Shown here in pieces: positions 1 to 15,200 of a stretch of 64,000 bases of DNA. The DNA is taken from assembly GCA_036172245.1 (NCBI GenBank), contig JAYWIR010000016.1, forward strand, positions 3,162,001 through 3,226,000, given 5' to 3'. The translations under genes were made by a program, and so were the position numbers. Within the stretch, counting starts at the first letter, position 1. Each line of letters starts with the position of its first letter. Below the pieces are notes generated by a model. It saw only the letters and a program-made list of their open reading frames with translations. It made no database searches and was not told where the DNA came from. Source of the stretch: Raillietiella orientalis (Eukaryota).

Positions 1-266
1 TGCCCGCAGGCGCAAGAACGCGGTCGCGAATGGGAGATTCGAAAAGGGTGCCACTGCGGGGCAGTCCGTTCCCTCACGGGGAGAAAAATCGCGCTTCTTC
101 GCATCCCTTCGTGACCGAGAAGAGATCTGCCTGCAGCACCATCTTTTCCCCTTCCCTCTTTTCTTTCCATGCGCGAACGCACCGCTTGCGGGACTCTCCA
201 GGTGCGAACTCGACGCCAGAGGGGAGGCCGGAAAGAACCGTAAAAAGACGAGCGGGGGGATCTTAC

Positions 267-3200
267 CTGCAGGACCCCCTCGTTCCTGTTCTGGCCACCA
301 ACCAGTCTCACGTTGAGAGACGAACGGTTGTACCCGAAATCTTCCAGCAAGGAAAAGGTGACCTGGTGAGCACTGCTGTAGTTCGTTCCCTCGGCGTGCA
401 GCTGCCCGGCGACCATCATCCCAACCGCGCGGTCGAATTTCAGCGTCGTCCCGAAAGGGATCTTGAGTATGCCTCCGGGTCTCACGTAGATGTCCCTTTT
501 GACCTTGAGGACCAGCGGCTCGTCAGTGTACGAGATGATCTCTTGTCCCGTCAGCTCCCCGCCGATCTCGGAGTTCCCGGGGACGTAGAATGTGGGGATG
601 TACTCGTCCCCTCTCGAGATGAAATCCGTCTCGGGGTCGTTGTACAGCAGCAAGTAAGGGTTGTAGATGACCTTTGCCAGGTTGTACCGGTCCTTCCTGT
701 CGAAGATGCGAGAGAATATGTACGAAGCGTCCTTGGAGCCCAGCCAGTTGTACGAGGCGTTTATGGACACGCTCTGGTCGGTGACCCTGGACGCGATCTC
801 GTAGGCCGACCTGTTGTTGGACAGGATGTTGCGGTACACCTGCACGTTGCTGGAGCCGATGGCGAGCACCGCGCCCACCCGCTTGCGCAGGTTCAGCCCG
901 GCGAACGGTTCTTTCACCTCGTTGTCCTCAACGAAGTTCCTGGTGAACAGCAGGTGCTGCAGGGAGCCGTACTGGGAGAGCTCCAGGATGGCCACGAACA
1001 ACCCTCGGTTGCCGGTGAATCGGTTGTCGCTGATCTCTATCTGGGCGGGAAGGGTGTCCAAAACTATGTCGTCGTTGTTGTTCTGGATGAGAATGGTGCC
1101 CGTTTTCTGCCCACGGAACTGGTTGTACGCCACGCGGCCATCCACGTTGACCGCCGGCGAGAGGTCGACGGCCAGGGCATTTCCCCTGAACTCGTTGTTG
1201 CCAACGACGAAGGAGGTCACCGCCTCATTCCCTTTCAGGCAGGATGTTAGCTTCAGCGCGGAGCGACGGTTGTTCTCGAAGATGTTGCTGCTGACGTTCA
1301 CCAGCTTGACAGGAAGGGGGTTGCAAAAGTTGCCCACCACCGCCCCGTGGTGACCGTTCTGCTCGATCCTGGAGTAGGCAACCACGACCACGTGGCGCAC
1401 CGGGACGACTGCAGAGGTGCGGTTGGCGAAAACAGCGACTCCGTGCTCTGTGTTCCTCTGCACCGTAGAGCGGACGACGTTCACCGCTCCTCCCGCGTAG
1501 TGGACAAACACCCCGGAGCCTTTGTTGTACTCCAAGGTGCTGTGGGTGACGTTCACTTCGCCTGCCCCGCCGGCGACGAAAACGCCCCCGACGTGACTGT
1601 TGTTGGCCACATAGGACTTTCTGACGGCTACCGCACCGCGCGAGTCCTTCACGAGGACTCCCGCGCCCTCGTTGGACAGAATTCTGCAGTGCTCCAAGAC
1701 GAGGTCGGCCTTCTTGGCTTAGGGTTGGAGGGACAGGTAATGCGAGCAGCGGACACCCCTCCCTCCCTTTCCCCTTCTCCGCATCCCTCTCTCTGAAGTT
1801 ACCTCTGTCGCTGCTGACCTTGATGTGGACGATAGCCCTCTTGCCTCTCAAGGATTTGAAGCTGATGTAGATCACGTTGTGCGACGACGACACGGACTGG
1901 GGATACGACACATTGTTGACCCGGTGGTCGAGGAGCACCCGTCCGATCTCGTCGGATCCGTCGCGAACGGTCAGCGACGCCGTGTCGTTCTCCTCCGCAT
2001 ACATGTAAGCCACTTGTACGGTCAGGACGTGGCCCTTCCTCGTTCGGAACGGCTGCAAGGCGGAAGCGGTCGGTCGAGCGTTGGCGGCGGCGCGCGCCGC
2101 CACCGCCGCAGCCTACCTGCGCGCAGGACTGCACGGAGATCTTCTCATGTTCTGCAGGACCACTCCCGTCCTTGAAGCGGGTGGGCAGCTGCTCGGCCAA
2201 GAGGTACAGAGGGTAATTCTGCTCGAGGCTGAGGGAGTCGAGGCACAGGTCGTGCAGTGGCTTCCCTTCGACCACCCGATCGAAAGCAGAATCTTGGAAG
2301 ACGTAGTGGACGCCGTTGGCGGCGTTGTGGCTGACTGTGCACCACTGTAGCTCGGCTGTCGCCGAAGTATTGACGAAGATTCCGTTCCCTGGGAAGAACG
2401 AAAAACGAAACTCGTTAGAGGCGGCGGCCTCGGGTTCGGCACGTTTGACCCGGATGAAGGTGCGGGAATCCAAGCATCTCACAAGGAGGGGTGGAACTTC
2501 TCAAACGTTGCGTCCCGGCTACAGGTATTCTCCCGGATCTCTTGGGATGCTCCTCGGAAATCTTTGAAATGATGGGATGCTGCTTGAAGGAAGGAAGGAG
2601 GAGAGGGGAGGAGGAGGAGGATGCAGGAATCCTGAACAACAACAGCCTTCGCTTCCTCGGTGGTCGCCGCACCGAGCAGCGCGGCGCTGCGGCACGCTCG
2701 AAGGTCACCGGGAGAATGCGTGTGTCCCTCGTAAGTCCTCGTTCCGCTTCCTGCGCACACCAGCGCGGCTATCATCTTGCGCGTCGCAGGAAAAGCTGCT
2801 GCTGCGACTTCGAGGTCCACCCACGCAGGGGGAATTGCAGCGGACCTGCACGCGGCCGCACTTCCAGCAGGGATAGAGAGGTCCTCGAACGTTAAAGACT
2901 CCCTCACCTCTTCTGGCAAGGACTCTTGGCTTCCGGCGAGACAGGAGAGGCACTTGCGTATCTTAAGTTTGGGTTCTAAAGGTACGAGCAGCGCGGATTC
3001 TTTCTTTCTTTGAGACCTCCTTCCGCACATGTGCGGGCGGATGGATTGAAAAGGGGTGTCTAACCGGGAGACATTTTTGGCAGGAACGAGGAAGACGGCA
3101 AGAGGCAGGTGAGAAAGTTATCTTGGAAGAAAGCTTCTCTTCCTCTACAGCCCCCTCCCCTCTCTCCCGATGAGCGCAGAAGACGCGAGACAAGAACCTG

Positions 3201-6200
3201 CTGACCAGCTACCCCTCAGACGCGCGATGCGCTGCAAAAACTCCGCCGTCACCCATGTTGCGCATGTTGAAGGAAACGCAGGCGCCGGTGCCAATCTCAC
3301 CATCTCCCCTTCCTTGCCCCCCAGGCGCGGTAGAATACAAGCTGCACGAGTCCCGGCGCGCATCTCTGATTGGTGGATAGCGAATCCATGGAGCATCCCA
3401 GAGACGGAACCACGAAGGCGCTGGAGAAGCCCAGCCGGTCTCCATGGTGCATTGAGTCCCTAATACACGTGAATGCCCGCTGCTCGAAGGTGGACGCTGC
3501 GCGCCATTCGTCAGGTCGCGGTCGAAACCATGCCAACGGCATGGCAATGCCCCGTTGATTCGTGCTGCCCCTGACAACGCAAGGATGCTGGACTGAAATT
3601 GCACGTCCTCCAGGGGGAATCGCAGCTTTGGCAGGGAGAACAGACTTTCAGACAGGAACCGCCGCCACGTTGGCATTCCCAAAACTGTTCGGGGGAGGAA
3701 GGGAGAACGCCAATCACGAAGAGCAAGCCTCTCGCCCTAGGATGCTTTATCCTAGCAACCCTTTCATCTCATGGCCGCGGAAAGCCTGCCGGCCGCACCA
3801 GGGAGTAGGGAGAAAGCGATGCTCTACCTCCTAGGGTGCAGCACTTCAAGACCGTGCACTCTGGAGCAGCGCCACATGCAGCTGCCCGTCGTTCTCAACA
3901 GAAGTGAGGAGGAAGATGAGCCTCTAAGATCTATCGAAGATGGAGAAGGACTCGGTTCAGGAGTCTCCGCTGCAGCCTCACCCCATTCCCTTCTCTGCGG
4001 ACAAAGACGTACAGTGCTCGTGGGCCGCTTTTCCGAGAGAGAAATCGGCCTGCAGCCATCATCCACGATCTGCCCTCGCATCCTGGATGACCGCGAAACG
4101 GAGGGAGAGAGTAAGTCCAAGCAAAAGGAAGGAAGGAAGAGCCCAGGGTAGAGGAAACAGTCCGTGCAGAGTGTGCAGCTGGAGTTGTATGCGTGGGGTC
4201 AGGGGACGGGCGGGAAACTCGGAAAGGTGGGGTGGGGAGGAGAGGGGTCTTACCTCTGTTATTGGTCAGCGTGGTGTTGGCGACGGTGAAGTCCGACTTG
4301 CACTGGTGTATCCCGATCCCGTCGTACGCGGAATTTTCCACGGAGACGCCGACCATTTCCGGGGGGACACCAAACACGGTGAGGGACGACACCGCTTCTC
4401 TGTTGGCCCCCATCCCGGCGTGGGTGAGCTCCACAAACTGCAGTGCCGATCTGGACACACGCCTCTTCGTCCCCGGTGTAGTCCCCAGATCCCACACGGC
4501 GTGGTCGAAGTGGATCCCCCTCCAGTGGGTAAACGTGGGGAAGAGGGAGTGGCTGTACTTCGGGTTGCATGTCAGCGCAATGTCCGGGTGTTCAGCTGGA
4601 AGCAACGAAAGCGCTCGCGAGTGCTCACGATGGGGTGGGGTGGGAGGTGGAGATGGAGGAGGGAAGGGGCGACTTTTGCACCCACACGACGCGGGGGCAG
4701 GTTCCTTCCGGTACCGGAGGTTCCCGAAACCCTACTCGTTCGATTCCACAGGTGTGGAATTCCCCTCCTCCCGTGGCTCCCGAGATGCGGAGGCTTCGCT
4801 CTGCACGGGCGCACCCGCGCGAGCAAAGCCGCTGATCGCCGCCGCGGTCGACTCGCCTACCAGAGCAGGCGCGCTCGAAAGCCACGGGGAGTGAGGGAGG
4901 GGAGGAGCCATCCTCGTCGGGAACGGCGGAAGGGTCCAAGCTATACGAGCGTACCGTCTGGAGGACGCCCATGGGCGCAACCAGGAACCTTTCCGAGGAA
5001 GAGGGTGCCAGAGGAGTGGGAGATCCTCGCGGGGGCCAGAAGGTGCACCTTCCCTCGCCCCTTAATCCCGAGAACCGCGGGGAGCAGCTCCTGCGCAGCC
5101 GGGAGGCAGGAGGGCGCGGCTCTCCGCCCCTCCTCCTTCACGCGCGCGGCACCAGTTTCCCCCCGGAAAGACGGGATGCGAACCCTACAGCAGTGGGAGC
5201 AGTCCTGAAGATTCCTCCACAAGTTTCTCTTCTCTCGAGTGATCCCGGACGTTCCCGAGAAAGACGAAGGCGAGGTTGGCAGGGCGTTCCCGAACTTCTC
5301 GGTGAGACGTGAGGGGTAGTCGCTTCGCACGGGGAGTTCCGGAAAGGCAGAGAACGCTAGGAAGGCGCAGGGGGTGCGCAGGCTTTCGGGAGTCTACGGA
5401 GGAGCTCCTGGCTGCAGGCACACGTGGTGCGCGGGGGCGGTGGATCGCCCCCGGTTTTTCGCTGTCATCGTAGCTCTGCGAAGGGAAGGGGAGGAAAAGG
5501 GGGCCCCGAATCCCGGACCAGGCAGGGACGTGGAGTCGTTCCGGCTCTGCAGAGGAACTTCCGCGCACGATTTCGAATTTCCTTCCTTCCGGGAAGAGAT
5601 CCAATCTGCAATGAAGGTCGTTTTTTTCCTACGCGGGCGGCGTGACGTAACTGCGCTTCCGCTTCCTCCTCCCCACTCCTTGGCTGGAGGGAACGCTGTC
5701 CAGCCCTTCAGGTGGCACAGGATCCCTCTCCTCTCCCATCTCCACCCCCATCGTGGGTGTGGGTGTGAGGTGTGCTGTCGCTCCCCCTCCGCCGAAGAAC
5801 GGCGACAAATTCCAGCCTCCCGCCCTTCTTCCTCCTCCCAAGCAGGGATGCGGGAGGAGAGACTGCTGCTTTCTGAGTCTTCTGCCTAGCGAGTTGGGAG
5901 GAGGAGGGGGGTAGGAGAGCTCCCGCGTGCCCAGAGCGGGACGCAGAATCACTTTCCTTGCTTCCCGGAAAGGCGCGGCATGGACGGCAAGAGGAGGAGG
6001 AGCACTCGACTTACTGCAGGCCCTGCTTCCCAGCTTCCATCCCGAGGTGTCGCACTCGACCAGACTCTTCTCTGGCCCCATGCACGCTGGCCGCTCGACG
6101 AGCATCCGGCGGGACTCCCGGACGGGATCGGACCATTGGAAGAATCCCCCTCCTTCGAAGCCGAGCTGCCGGCAGGCCACCAGGTAGTCCGACGCCGTCC

Positions 6201-9200
6201 AGCTGGAAGAATGGGAGACGTGCTGATTGCCCTTCCTTATGTCCCGCCCCCGAAGGGCAAGACCCGGCTCCCGTCGCGACGGGGACGACGAGGAGGCCGA
6301 GGCGGTCGGTGGTTGGCGAGGCACCCCAAGCGAGAGCACGCGGAAGGCGTCGAGGAGCTCAAGCCTAAGGCAGAGGACGGGAGCGGGAGATTCCCTCGAA
6401 AGGGAAGAGAGGCGGGACGGAGAAACGAGTCCTTCCCTCGAAGGGACAGGAAAGCACGCGCTCGGCGTCGCGGAAAGCAGCGTGGGGCCTCAGAGGAGGA
6501 GGGATTCCTCGGGAACGAACCGAAGGAGCCGGCGCACAACGGAGGGGGGAAGGAAGCCCGCGAGCAGAGCGCAGATCCCCTGGGGTTCCGGATAGGGAAA
6601 AAAAAGGGTGCGGAGCTGGCAGACGGGGGTAAGGGTACGGGACTGAAGGGGAGCGATAAATGGGATCAACCGAGAAAGAAAAAAAGGGGGGAAAGAAGAG
6701 AGAAGGACGTGCTCTGGAGCTAGGGACCCCTCAGTGGCGGCTGGATAGGGGTGGGCAAGAGAGTGATGGCAAGACTTCCAGGATCCCCATCCTTCGGCGT
6801 GCAACGCATCCTGGGACTTTCAAGCGATCCTTCCGCACAATCCTTCCCCGTTTCCAAAGAGGGAGGGAAGCCCTGCCATTGTTCCGGCTCCTACTCCACA
6901 CTCGTGTAGGAGAGGTCAAGTGGCCAACCGTGTGTCATCAGACCACCAATCCAGACACCTTTGCTTTCTCCTCCAACGAAGGACTCGCGAGCTGGACGCA
7001 GGAGCTCCAGCGGACTCCCTCACGGGAGCACCGGCGTCTCAGGGACGCGTTCTTCCTCCGGAGCGCAGGAGGGTACCTGGTCCAGACGTGCCCTCCGATC
7101 GTAAGAGGGGACCCGAGTGCGTCATCCCCACCTCCCTCCGAAACGGCACTTCCTGACCGACTGTGGATCGTCATGCTCTCCTGGGCACTTCCAGGTAGCC
7201 GAGGGGCAGGGGGGGAATCGGTGACGAATCTGGCTCTGCGCGCCTGAGGGCACGCGTTTCGCAGGACGCGCCTGGAAGTGCGTGAGGGGCACCGGCGGAA
7301 CAGAGGAACAGAGGAATCCTCAAAAAGAACCCCCTTCCCATTCCAGCCCTAGCATCCTCGCTGCTCTGCAGACAGAGAGAGGGACGGCAGCTTCGGCAAG
7401 AAAAAAATCCCGAGGGTCCCACCACACGCGAAACCATCAGGTCCGTTTCCATGAGCAGCCCCATGGACAAGGAAGCTTCGAGGGGCGGTCAGCAGTGGAG
7501 CGCCGCCTACCAGAAGAAAGGATCGGCAGCGCAGAAACCACGAGGTCAATTCCCCCCCCCCCCCACCATCACCTACCCTCTCGTACAGAAACGAGAGAAC
7601 TCGCGCGCGTGCACATTCGCAGGAACGACAGCGGAAGGTAGCGCTGCGTGCGCAGACGCGATCCGCTGGACCATGTGCACGCAAGCGGAAAAGCAGAGCA
7701 GGCAAGACGCGCGCGTGCAGGCCGCACCGAGACCGGAGACTGCGGAATTTCCGTTCCGGCGGGGGTTGAGGACAGAGGGAGGTCACGGGTTCAGGCGGCG
7801 CGGCACCTTTCCCGTCTGTGCGAGCGCACCCTCCTCCCAGCAGTGCTCATCCAAAGGTCGGCAAGACGTGCAGCTGAGGAGGAGGGGGAGGAGAACCATC
7901 ATCGGCATGCCGCTTGTCTTTTCCCAGGTCCGAAAGAGGAGGAGGCAGCAGCAAGCGTACGCTGAGTCCCGCGGCGGCGCTGATAGTCACACGCGGCTGC
8001 TGCCAAAGAGGAGACAATGGAGCGCCCCCTCCCTCCGCAAGACACGCTAACGTTTCTGTTTTGCTGAGAGCGCAAAAAGTGCCACAGGGGGAGGGGGGAA
8101 ACGAAGCACAGAGGAAGGCGGTTGTCACCGTGCACGGGGTCATCCGCCTGCCAGCACCACACGAACGCGCGAGATGAAGGGGAGGGGGAAGGGGCCTTGA
8201 GAAGGGATCAACGCTTGCCCATTGCTTCTCGGCAAATGACTCCCCCCGATCCCCCGGTGGCTCCCCGTGACCTCGTTTCGGAACTCGAGGAACAGAGGCT
8301 CGAAAGGGGCAGACTCGAAAGGACCACCGCGCGCGAGGGCACGTCCGCAGCAAGTCGAAGGACGGAGGACGGTCCCATGGAACAACAACGACCCCTATAG
8401 AAATATTTCAGACGGGAATTTCGAACGGGGTCCCTCGGCGAACGGACCTCATTCAAAAGACAGGGGGATCCGGTTACACGTTTCCCAGGAAACGGAGCTC
8501 GCTGTGGAAGCGGCAGCAATAATACAATGACGCAAGCTCCACGCAGACGACTCCTGGACTCTGATTTCAAACAACGTGCACGTAGACAGGACCTCATTTT
8601 CGGCTCGCGGGGACTTTGTGTCCTTTTCCTTTTTTCTGAAGTTAGGAACCCCACTGATACAGGTTTTTCCCCGTTTGTTTCCCGTAACTCGCCCCAGGAA
8701 GGCGCTCGGCGGCTTACCATGCTCTTGGATACAGCAGAGGCGCCACCAATAGGGATAAGCAACTAGGCACAGAAAACACCCATCTAACAGGCAGGGATAG
8801 AATAGGCGATGCGAGGAGGCAGGAGGTCACCGGGATGGAGCTCTCCCATCGCGACGTGTCAAAGAGGGGCTCCATATCGCTAATTTACAGGACACCTGGA
8901 GAACCTGCGTGTAGGGAAGGATGGATTCGCTTCCTGGATACCACCAAGCATACCCCGTGCTCGGCCCTTTCTGAGTAGGCAGGTCACTTCGAAGCAGTCG
9001 GATGCCCTCGGAAGGCAGGTTGGAGGGAAAGGTCCCCACGGTATTTGAGAGAGCGCTGCGCTCACGCGCGAGATCCCACATCCCCACCCCTGCAATTCAC
9101 GAAGATGGGAAGGGCGCGCGAGGGTCTTGGGAGCGCAGGCCACCACCGCGGCGACCTATGCACCAGCGCCGTTGCCTGGGCGGCTCAAACCGGAAGTCCC

Positions 9201-12200
9201 GCTCGCTTACTTTCTCGAGTTCGTGCAGACGGAACGCCACTCATCCTTGTGAAAAATCTGCAAGCGGCCGGCGAGAGCGTTTGGACCATCGACCAGCCTC
9301 ACGAGAGCTTTCTGAAGGATGTTCGGCTTGCTGGCGGAAGTGGTGAATAGGATCTTCCTGTTTACGGTTCCCTGGAAAACAAAAGTCATGAGGTCACGAA
9401 AGGTAACAGCTCGCACGCTCATCTGCCTCGAAGATCCGGACGGGAAGCAGGGCAAACGGCGGTGTGCCCTCTCCTCACACTGCGTTCGCGAGCGAGACAA
9501 ACCGGGCCAAGGAGCGCGGGAGGATTTTCAAGCGTTCCTGAGGAAATCCAGGAAAGAAGGAACAAGGAGCAACAGGAAGCCGTCCGCAGAAACACGCCTC
9601 GGACGGAAATTCGGATGGAGACGAGAGCGACGAAGAGGAGCGCCATCGAGGAGGCGCGCGCACCCCTCCGTCGCCGAGCTCAGGCATCCAGGAGATTCAC
9701 CGCTGAACGTGCCGAAAGCGAAACCAAACCCCGAAATACCTGCCGAAGAGTGCTATGCTGTTCGAAGATTACGCAATGGCTCAGGGACTTCGGTTACAAG
9801 CAGAAGCAGGAGAGACCGATAACTTCTTCGTTGGTTCGCCAAGTACTCAAGAGCCGTTCGCCTAGGGGCTCACGAAGACCTTTAACGCTGTCCACACCAC
9901 CCGAGGGTGAGCATAACTCTTCATCGAGTTAAGGGGTCACCTAGGAGAGGACCACCCTATGAATGCAGGAAGGGCTCCGGAGGAAGAAATCCGTTCCTCT
10001 CTGACTCTTGAAGGGAAACTTTTCCTTATTCTCTTCGGAGGGAACCCGGAAAGGATCCTCTCCTTGTTACTCCTCTGAAGAGAAACCCGAAGGGGCACTT
10101 CCAAATTTATCTAAAGGGCCTCTTCCCGAAGGGAGCAGTGCGCTTCTTGATACCCTGGAAAGACCCTGGAGGGTCAGCTTCCAATCCCAGCCTGTCGATG
10201 GGGGCACCGACTTCCGCCAGTGCTGCCGCACCCGAAACCAACCGAGGCCAGCCAGCGCCATCCTGAGGGGGAAGGACTCGAAACGCATGACACGTCCATT
10301 CCTCAGCATCGATCCTTCCTCGGGTGGGATTCGAACCCGTAAACGCTTGCTGCCAACGCGCGGAGACTGCAGCCACGTGGTCGGCAACGCGAGCCAAGAA
10401 CTTCTTCGGCTTTCGAACCCACACGAGCTTGCAGCAGCAGTCACGAGGGAAGGGAGGACATCAAGGGGACGGAGCCGGACCGCAGAAGGGGAAGGCAGAG
10501 CAGAAAAGACGGAAGCATACCCAGAATTGGGACCAGAAAGCACCCTCGAGGCAAGTATACAGACGCAAACGGGAGGAACTTGAACAAAGAGGGCGAAAAA
10601 AAAGGAGACGGAGGAAGACGTACAAGAAGATCCGGGATTTCATTTGTTGGTCATCAAGTCAAAAGCATGCATCAGCAAGGTTTGCTTTTCCGCGTCTCCT
10701 CATTGCTGTGGCTGGAAACTGTGACTGCCCGCTGCTCCAGAGGCAGCGACTAGGCTTTGCTATAATTTGAAACATCGAGAAGAGATAAGGCGCGAGCAGC
10801 CAGAGGCTGCGGCTATTTGTCCTCTGTGATTGTCCTCCGTACCCATTATTACTTCCAGATGGAAACGAAACGCATCGTCTTGGAGCAGGTTGCCGCACGT
10901 AGCAGTTTGGGTGAACCAAACTGTTTCAAGAATTTTCTCTCTTCGCCTTCGCTTATCCTCTTTTTCCCTTCTTTCTACTGTCCGTCGGAGGGAGGTGGGT
11001 TCGGACCAGGTTTCCGTGTGCAGTAGAGTTCGGGGAAAGCTTCTGCCTTTACAGTTCCATCTTGCATCTTTGCAGCTACTCGAGTCGTAGAGAAACGTAG
11101 CCAGTTCGGATGCGGGAGGCGCCAACGGAGCGGTGCTTCGCAAGCATGTCGTCGAAAATCCTGACGTCGTCCCTCCCTTCACCTATTGCTGGACCGCTGG
11201 GGGAGAGGGGACTCTGGAGGGGTTGACAGCAGCTGGCACATGCTGTCCACCCCCCCCCCCCCCCTGAGGCTGACGCCCCAAGGAATCTTCTGCTCCAGTT
11301 CTTCCAGCACGATAATCTCCTCAGCGCAGTGGTGGAAGAGATTCTCTGCTCTCTCGGTGGTGCGATGCTGAACGGAATTTTGCTGGAGCTCCAGCAGCGC
11401 AGCCAGTCGATGTCATAAGTACTGCACTCCCCCCTCCTAAGGAGAGATAGACTAGGTGAGCAAGAACTCTGTCACGGAAATGACCATCGCCTGAAGACCA
11501 GGACTTCTGACCCAGTGATCCCCCTTCCGCCTCCCTGCCCTCCACACTGACGGTTTCGTTAATTTATTTATATATGCGCAACTGTGGTCTCTAACTCCCC
11601 TTCTACTGATTCCTGCCCCCTCCTCCGGTCCTGTGCCCTATTGTGCATAGATGCAGCTGCGTACGTCACAGTGTATTGCCTCGTGGATTTTGCTTTTGTA
11701 TGTTTCTTGCTTACGAGCAAACAGTCCGGAGTTACCGGGTCCAAAGCCAAAAAAACAAACAAACAATCAATCAACAACTGGAGATCATGGTGGAGCGGCT
11801 GCGAGCAGCACGCCTCTGGGCTCAAGAGGGACGCCCTCTCCGAACGGAGAGGTGCGTTCGGTGAGAGTCCCGTGCAAACCGACCGCCAAGATGACATTCG
11901 CTGGAGAGCGAGCGCGGGAAACTGGCATCCACGCGTTCGTCACACACAACCTTCGTTGGAAAGGACCAGGTGAAAAGTACAGTTTGTACCTCGCCCGCGC
12001 AAAATGCAGAGCTTCCTCCGCACTTTCGCGTAGCCACAGTCGGAATTGACAGAAGCCACACGAGAATCGTCCTGGAAACCAGAACCATTCCTGGGGAAAA
12101 ACCTACACGAGGAGCTCTTATCACGAAACCCACGGAATTCCTGATTACTGTAAGTTTGCCCTGGATGCAGATAGTCATGCGCTGTGCTGATAAAGGCAGA

Positions 12201-15200
12201 TAAGGAAACTTCGAGATTAATTTTGGAGGATTGCAAAGATGACTCAACGTTTAATTGACAGGTTTAAACGGATTCCTCTCTCCCAGCCGAAAGTGGCTGA
12301 AGCAATGACGACATCTTTGGGATGCCACGCTCGGTACGGAAGGAGATATGTGGAAAGAATCAGAAAAGGGCTAATCTTCCGTGAGGATTCTGCGTTATCA
12401 CAATGACCAACAGAGGCGTCCGAAAATCGGCTTCCGTAACGAGAACAGTCGCTCCGTGGAAGAAATGGGAACGATTCGTGGAGCATACCGGACTTTGCCC
12501 AGTGCTGAAGTCCACCCGGGCGAAGAGCTGGCAAAAGGCCTACGACAGCCATCCACTAAAGAGATTTGATTGCATCCTTCCCTGCGGATTCTAAACATAC
12601 CGTCGGTACATTTGTAAATGAACGCATCTGCCATTCATTAGAGGTCATTACGAAACGAAAGACTACCTGGGTACGAAAGCATTTATGAGGAATCCAGGAG
12701 CCAAGCCCACTTTACAGGCTGTAAAACCTGTAGAAGAACGATCTGCCGGCCGCTGGAACATGTTGTGAGGCTGGAATATGTTGGGAGCCTGGATAAAAGC
12801 GACCTACAGATCCGAATGCGAGCTCAGGAGAGCCTTGGTAAGCGCGAACCCGCAAACTCCACTACAAAGAAATACTTGGCGATGGAACTGCTGGAATTCG
12901 GAATGAAAATCTTCCTTGAAGTGATGGTGAGAACACAGAACACTGTATTGTTTCCGTTTGCCGGCGGTGAAAACGTGCCGATAAAAAGGGTCGTCGTCTA
13001 TTCCGGATGGAAATTTCCAAGCAGACTTCTTCGGAATGGTTCCCAGACAAAAGCCTTGCAGAATTTCTTCTGCATGGCGTTCGGTTCGGCTTCGTCTCCG
13101 TGGCTTTTTCCTCGCCGTTATTTATTTGCATTCGCGGTCGCGGAGAAGAAGTGGTCGGTTGGTTTACGTTTCACCGAGGACTGCGCTCAGAAATTCCTTC
13201 GGGTGTGCGGGCGATAGGTCTGCGAAAAAATATGCTTCTCGAAGAGAACCACCGACGGAAAAGCATTGCGGTCTCAGAGTCCAAGAGCACGATTTGTGAT
13301 TTGGGAGGGAGGGAGGGGGGGGTCAGACCTTGTTCGAAGATCTCACAACTATATTTGGACTTCCAACATGTAGAAAAGAACCAACGCAGAGCGTAAGAAA
13401 TAACACATGCACAGTGTGATGATCATGAGAGGAGACGTGGTTCGCTTTTTTCCTGACTCTGCAGCCAAATAAAAATCTCAAGACTTTTATATGAATTCCT
13501 GTTAGGAACCCACCGCGCACGACCAAAACGGTATTCGATGCACACTTTTGGATAGGAACTCACACGCTTATGTAGTACTTATTTATATTTTGACTCGAAT
13601 CGTATTGCATTCTGGAGGAAAAGTAAGCTGAAAGCGAATCGAAAACGGAAATAATTCGTGTTGGAATCTCATGACCAGCAAACTTCCTATGCCGTGTGCG
13701 TGTCCGTGTTCGTCTGGATGGGGTGCACGCGAAGAGCGCCTAGCAGCCATGCCAAATTTCCGTGCAACTGGCTCTTCATTAGATCTTGCAACATTTATTT
13801 CGGATCCATAAGACTGTGGCCACTGTTGCCGAGGCAACGTTTTTCCACATAAGCGATTTCGTTTTTCTTCCTGTACCGGCGCTTCCGTCACGTCTCGTTC
13901 AGACAGTTTGGCCTTCCATGTACCTCGACGTGCATCCCTTTTCCTTGATTCTCAGATGTGTTGCTCATTCGATTGAACCAGTAGCTCATAACTTCGATTG
14001 ATGCATGCATCTTGCTTCCGATGTCAGCCTTTCTGACGTTCTGATCGTCGATTTCTTGGATAATTCTCGCACTTTTCCAAGTTCACAATTTGTCCGATTG
14101 AGACGAAATTCAAACAAGCGCGGTATTTTTCAAGGAATAAAACGGGACTGATCGCCTGTTTTCCGCTGTCTTTCTTCCTGTTTTCTTTCACATTCCTACC
14201 GATCCAGTTGACAACCATGAAAGTGATGACTCGGTTTAGACACCGAAAATTCTCTCCTTCGCTTTCAAAAAGCCTAAAAATCTGCTCGCTGGAATCTTCA
14301 AAGATGGCAAAGAATCCCTTCTTGCAATCAATGACCCTCTCGACTGCGCACTGTCATCATGAATCTCGATTCATGATGACAGTGCTTCATGATGATGCAG
14401 TTCTCTGTGCTTTGGACCAGGAATCCCTTCCATTGAGACGACTTATCTCAGACATGTCATTTACCCGGCAGTGCGTATTCCTACAGATTTTCCTCAGTTG
14501 TTTGCCGTTTTACATTATCTGCTTGGTGCATCGCTGGCAATGCTCTTCGTGGTTCCTTCGGGATTCTTCCGGAGAAACCACGAAACGTTACCCCCCATTA
14601 GCATCGTACGACCACGCAACGGTTAAGCAGTCCCAAACGTGACCTCGTCGTTAGTTGCGGTCGCTACCTTCAGCTCGACACGCACAGATGAAAGGTAACG
14701 GCATCGGTGCGTCCTTCAAGTGACAACCACAGTGACTGGCAGAGGATCTGCGCACAACGTCCTCATCGGACCACGTGTCTAGTGCCTGCACTGTTCTCTT
14801 CTGTCAGAGCTTCAGCTACCATCCCCACCCTCCAGTGATTCGGAAAAGGAAGTTCCTGAACCTGGGATCATGCGGGGAATTCCTTACAAAATAACAGCAC
14901 ACGAATCCTGACTGACGCACGAGATCGCACGCGAAATGAAGTGCAGTTGTTCGCAAGTTGGCGAAGGGCTGCGTGGTTCCTTGAGCTGGGAATTCGGATT
15001 TCTTCACAAATAGGAGGCCGCTGTCGCTATGCTCATTTCAAGCGGTAAGAAGAACATGTCTAACAGGCACTTGAAGGAACTTGAAGGAGAGTGAGAGTCG
15101 AGAGCGAACACGAAAGAATAAAAGGCCGAGGCATCGAAATGGGGGCTGAGGCCAGCAGAAAGTTATAGGATAAAAAGAATAGACCCAGACAGGCGGGGGC

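Noticed and set aside
30..1796. Long + strand ORFs (406, 179 and 149 aa)
   Set aside because: Antisense shadows of the GC-rich bark exon 1717-267; no independent protein features.
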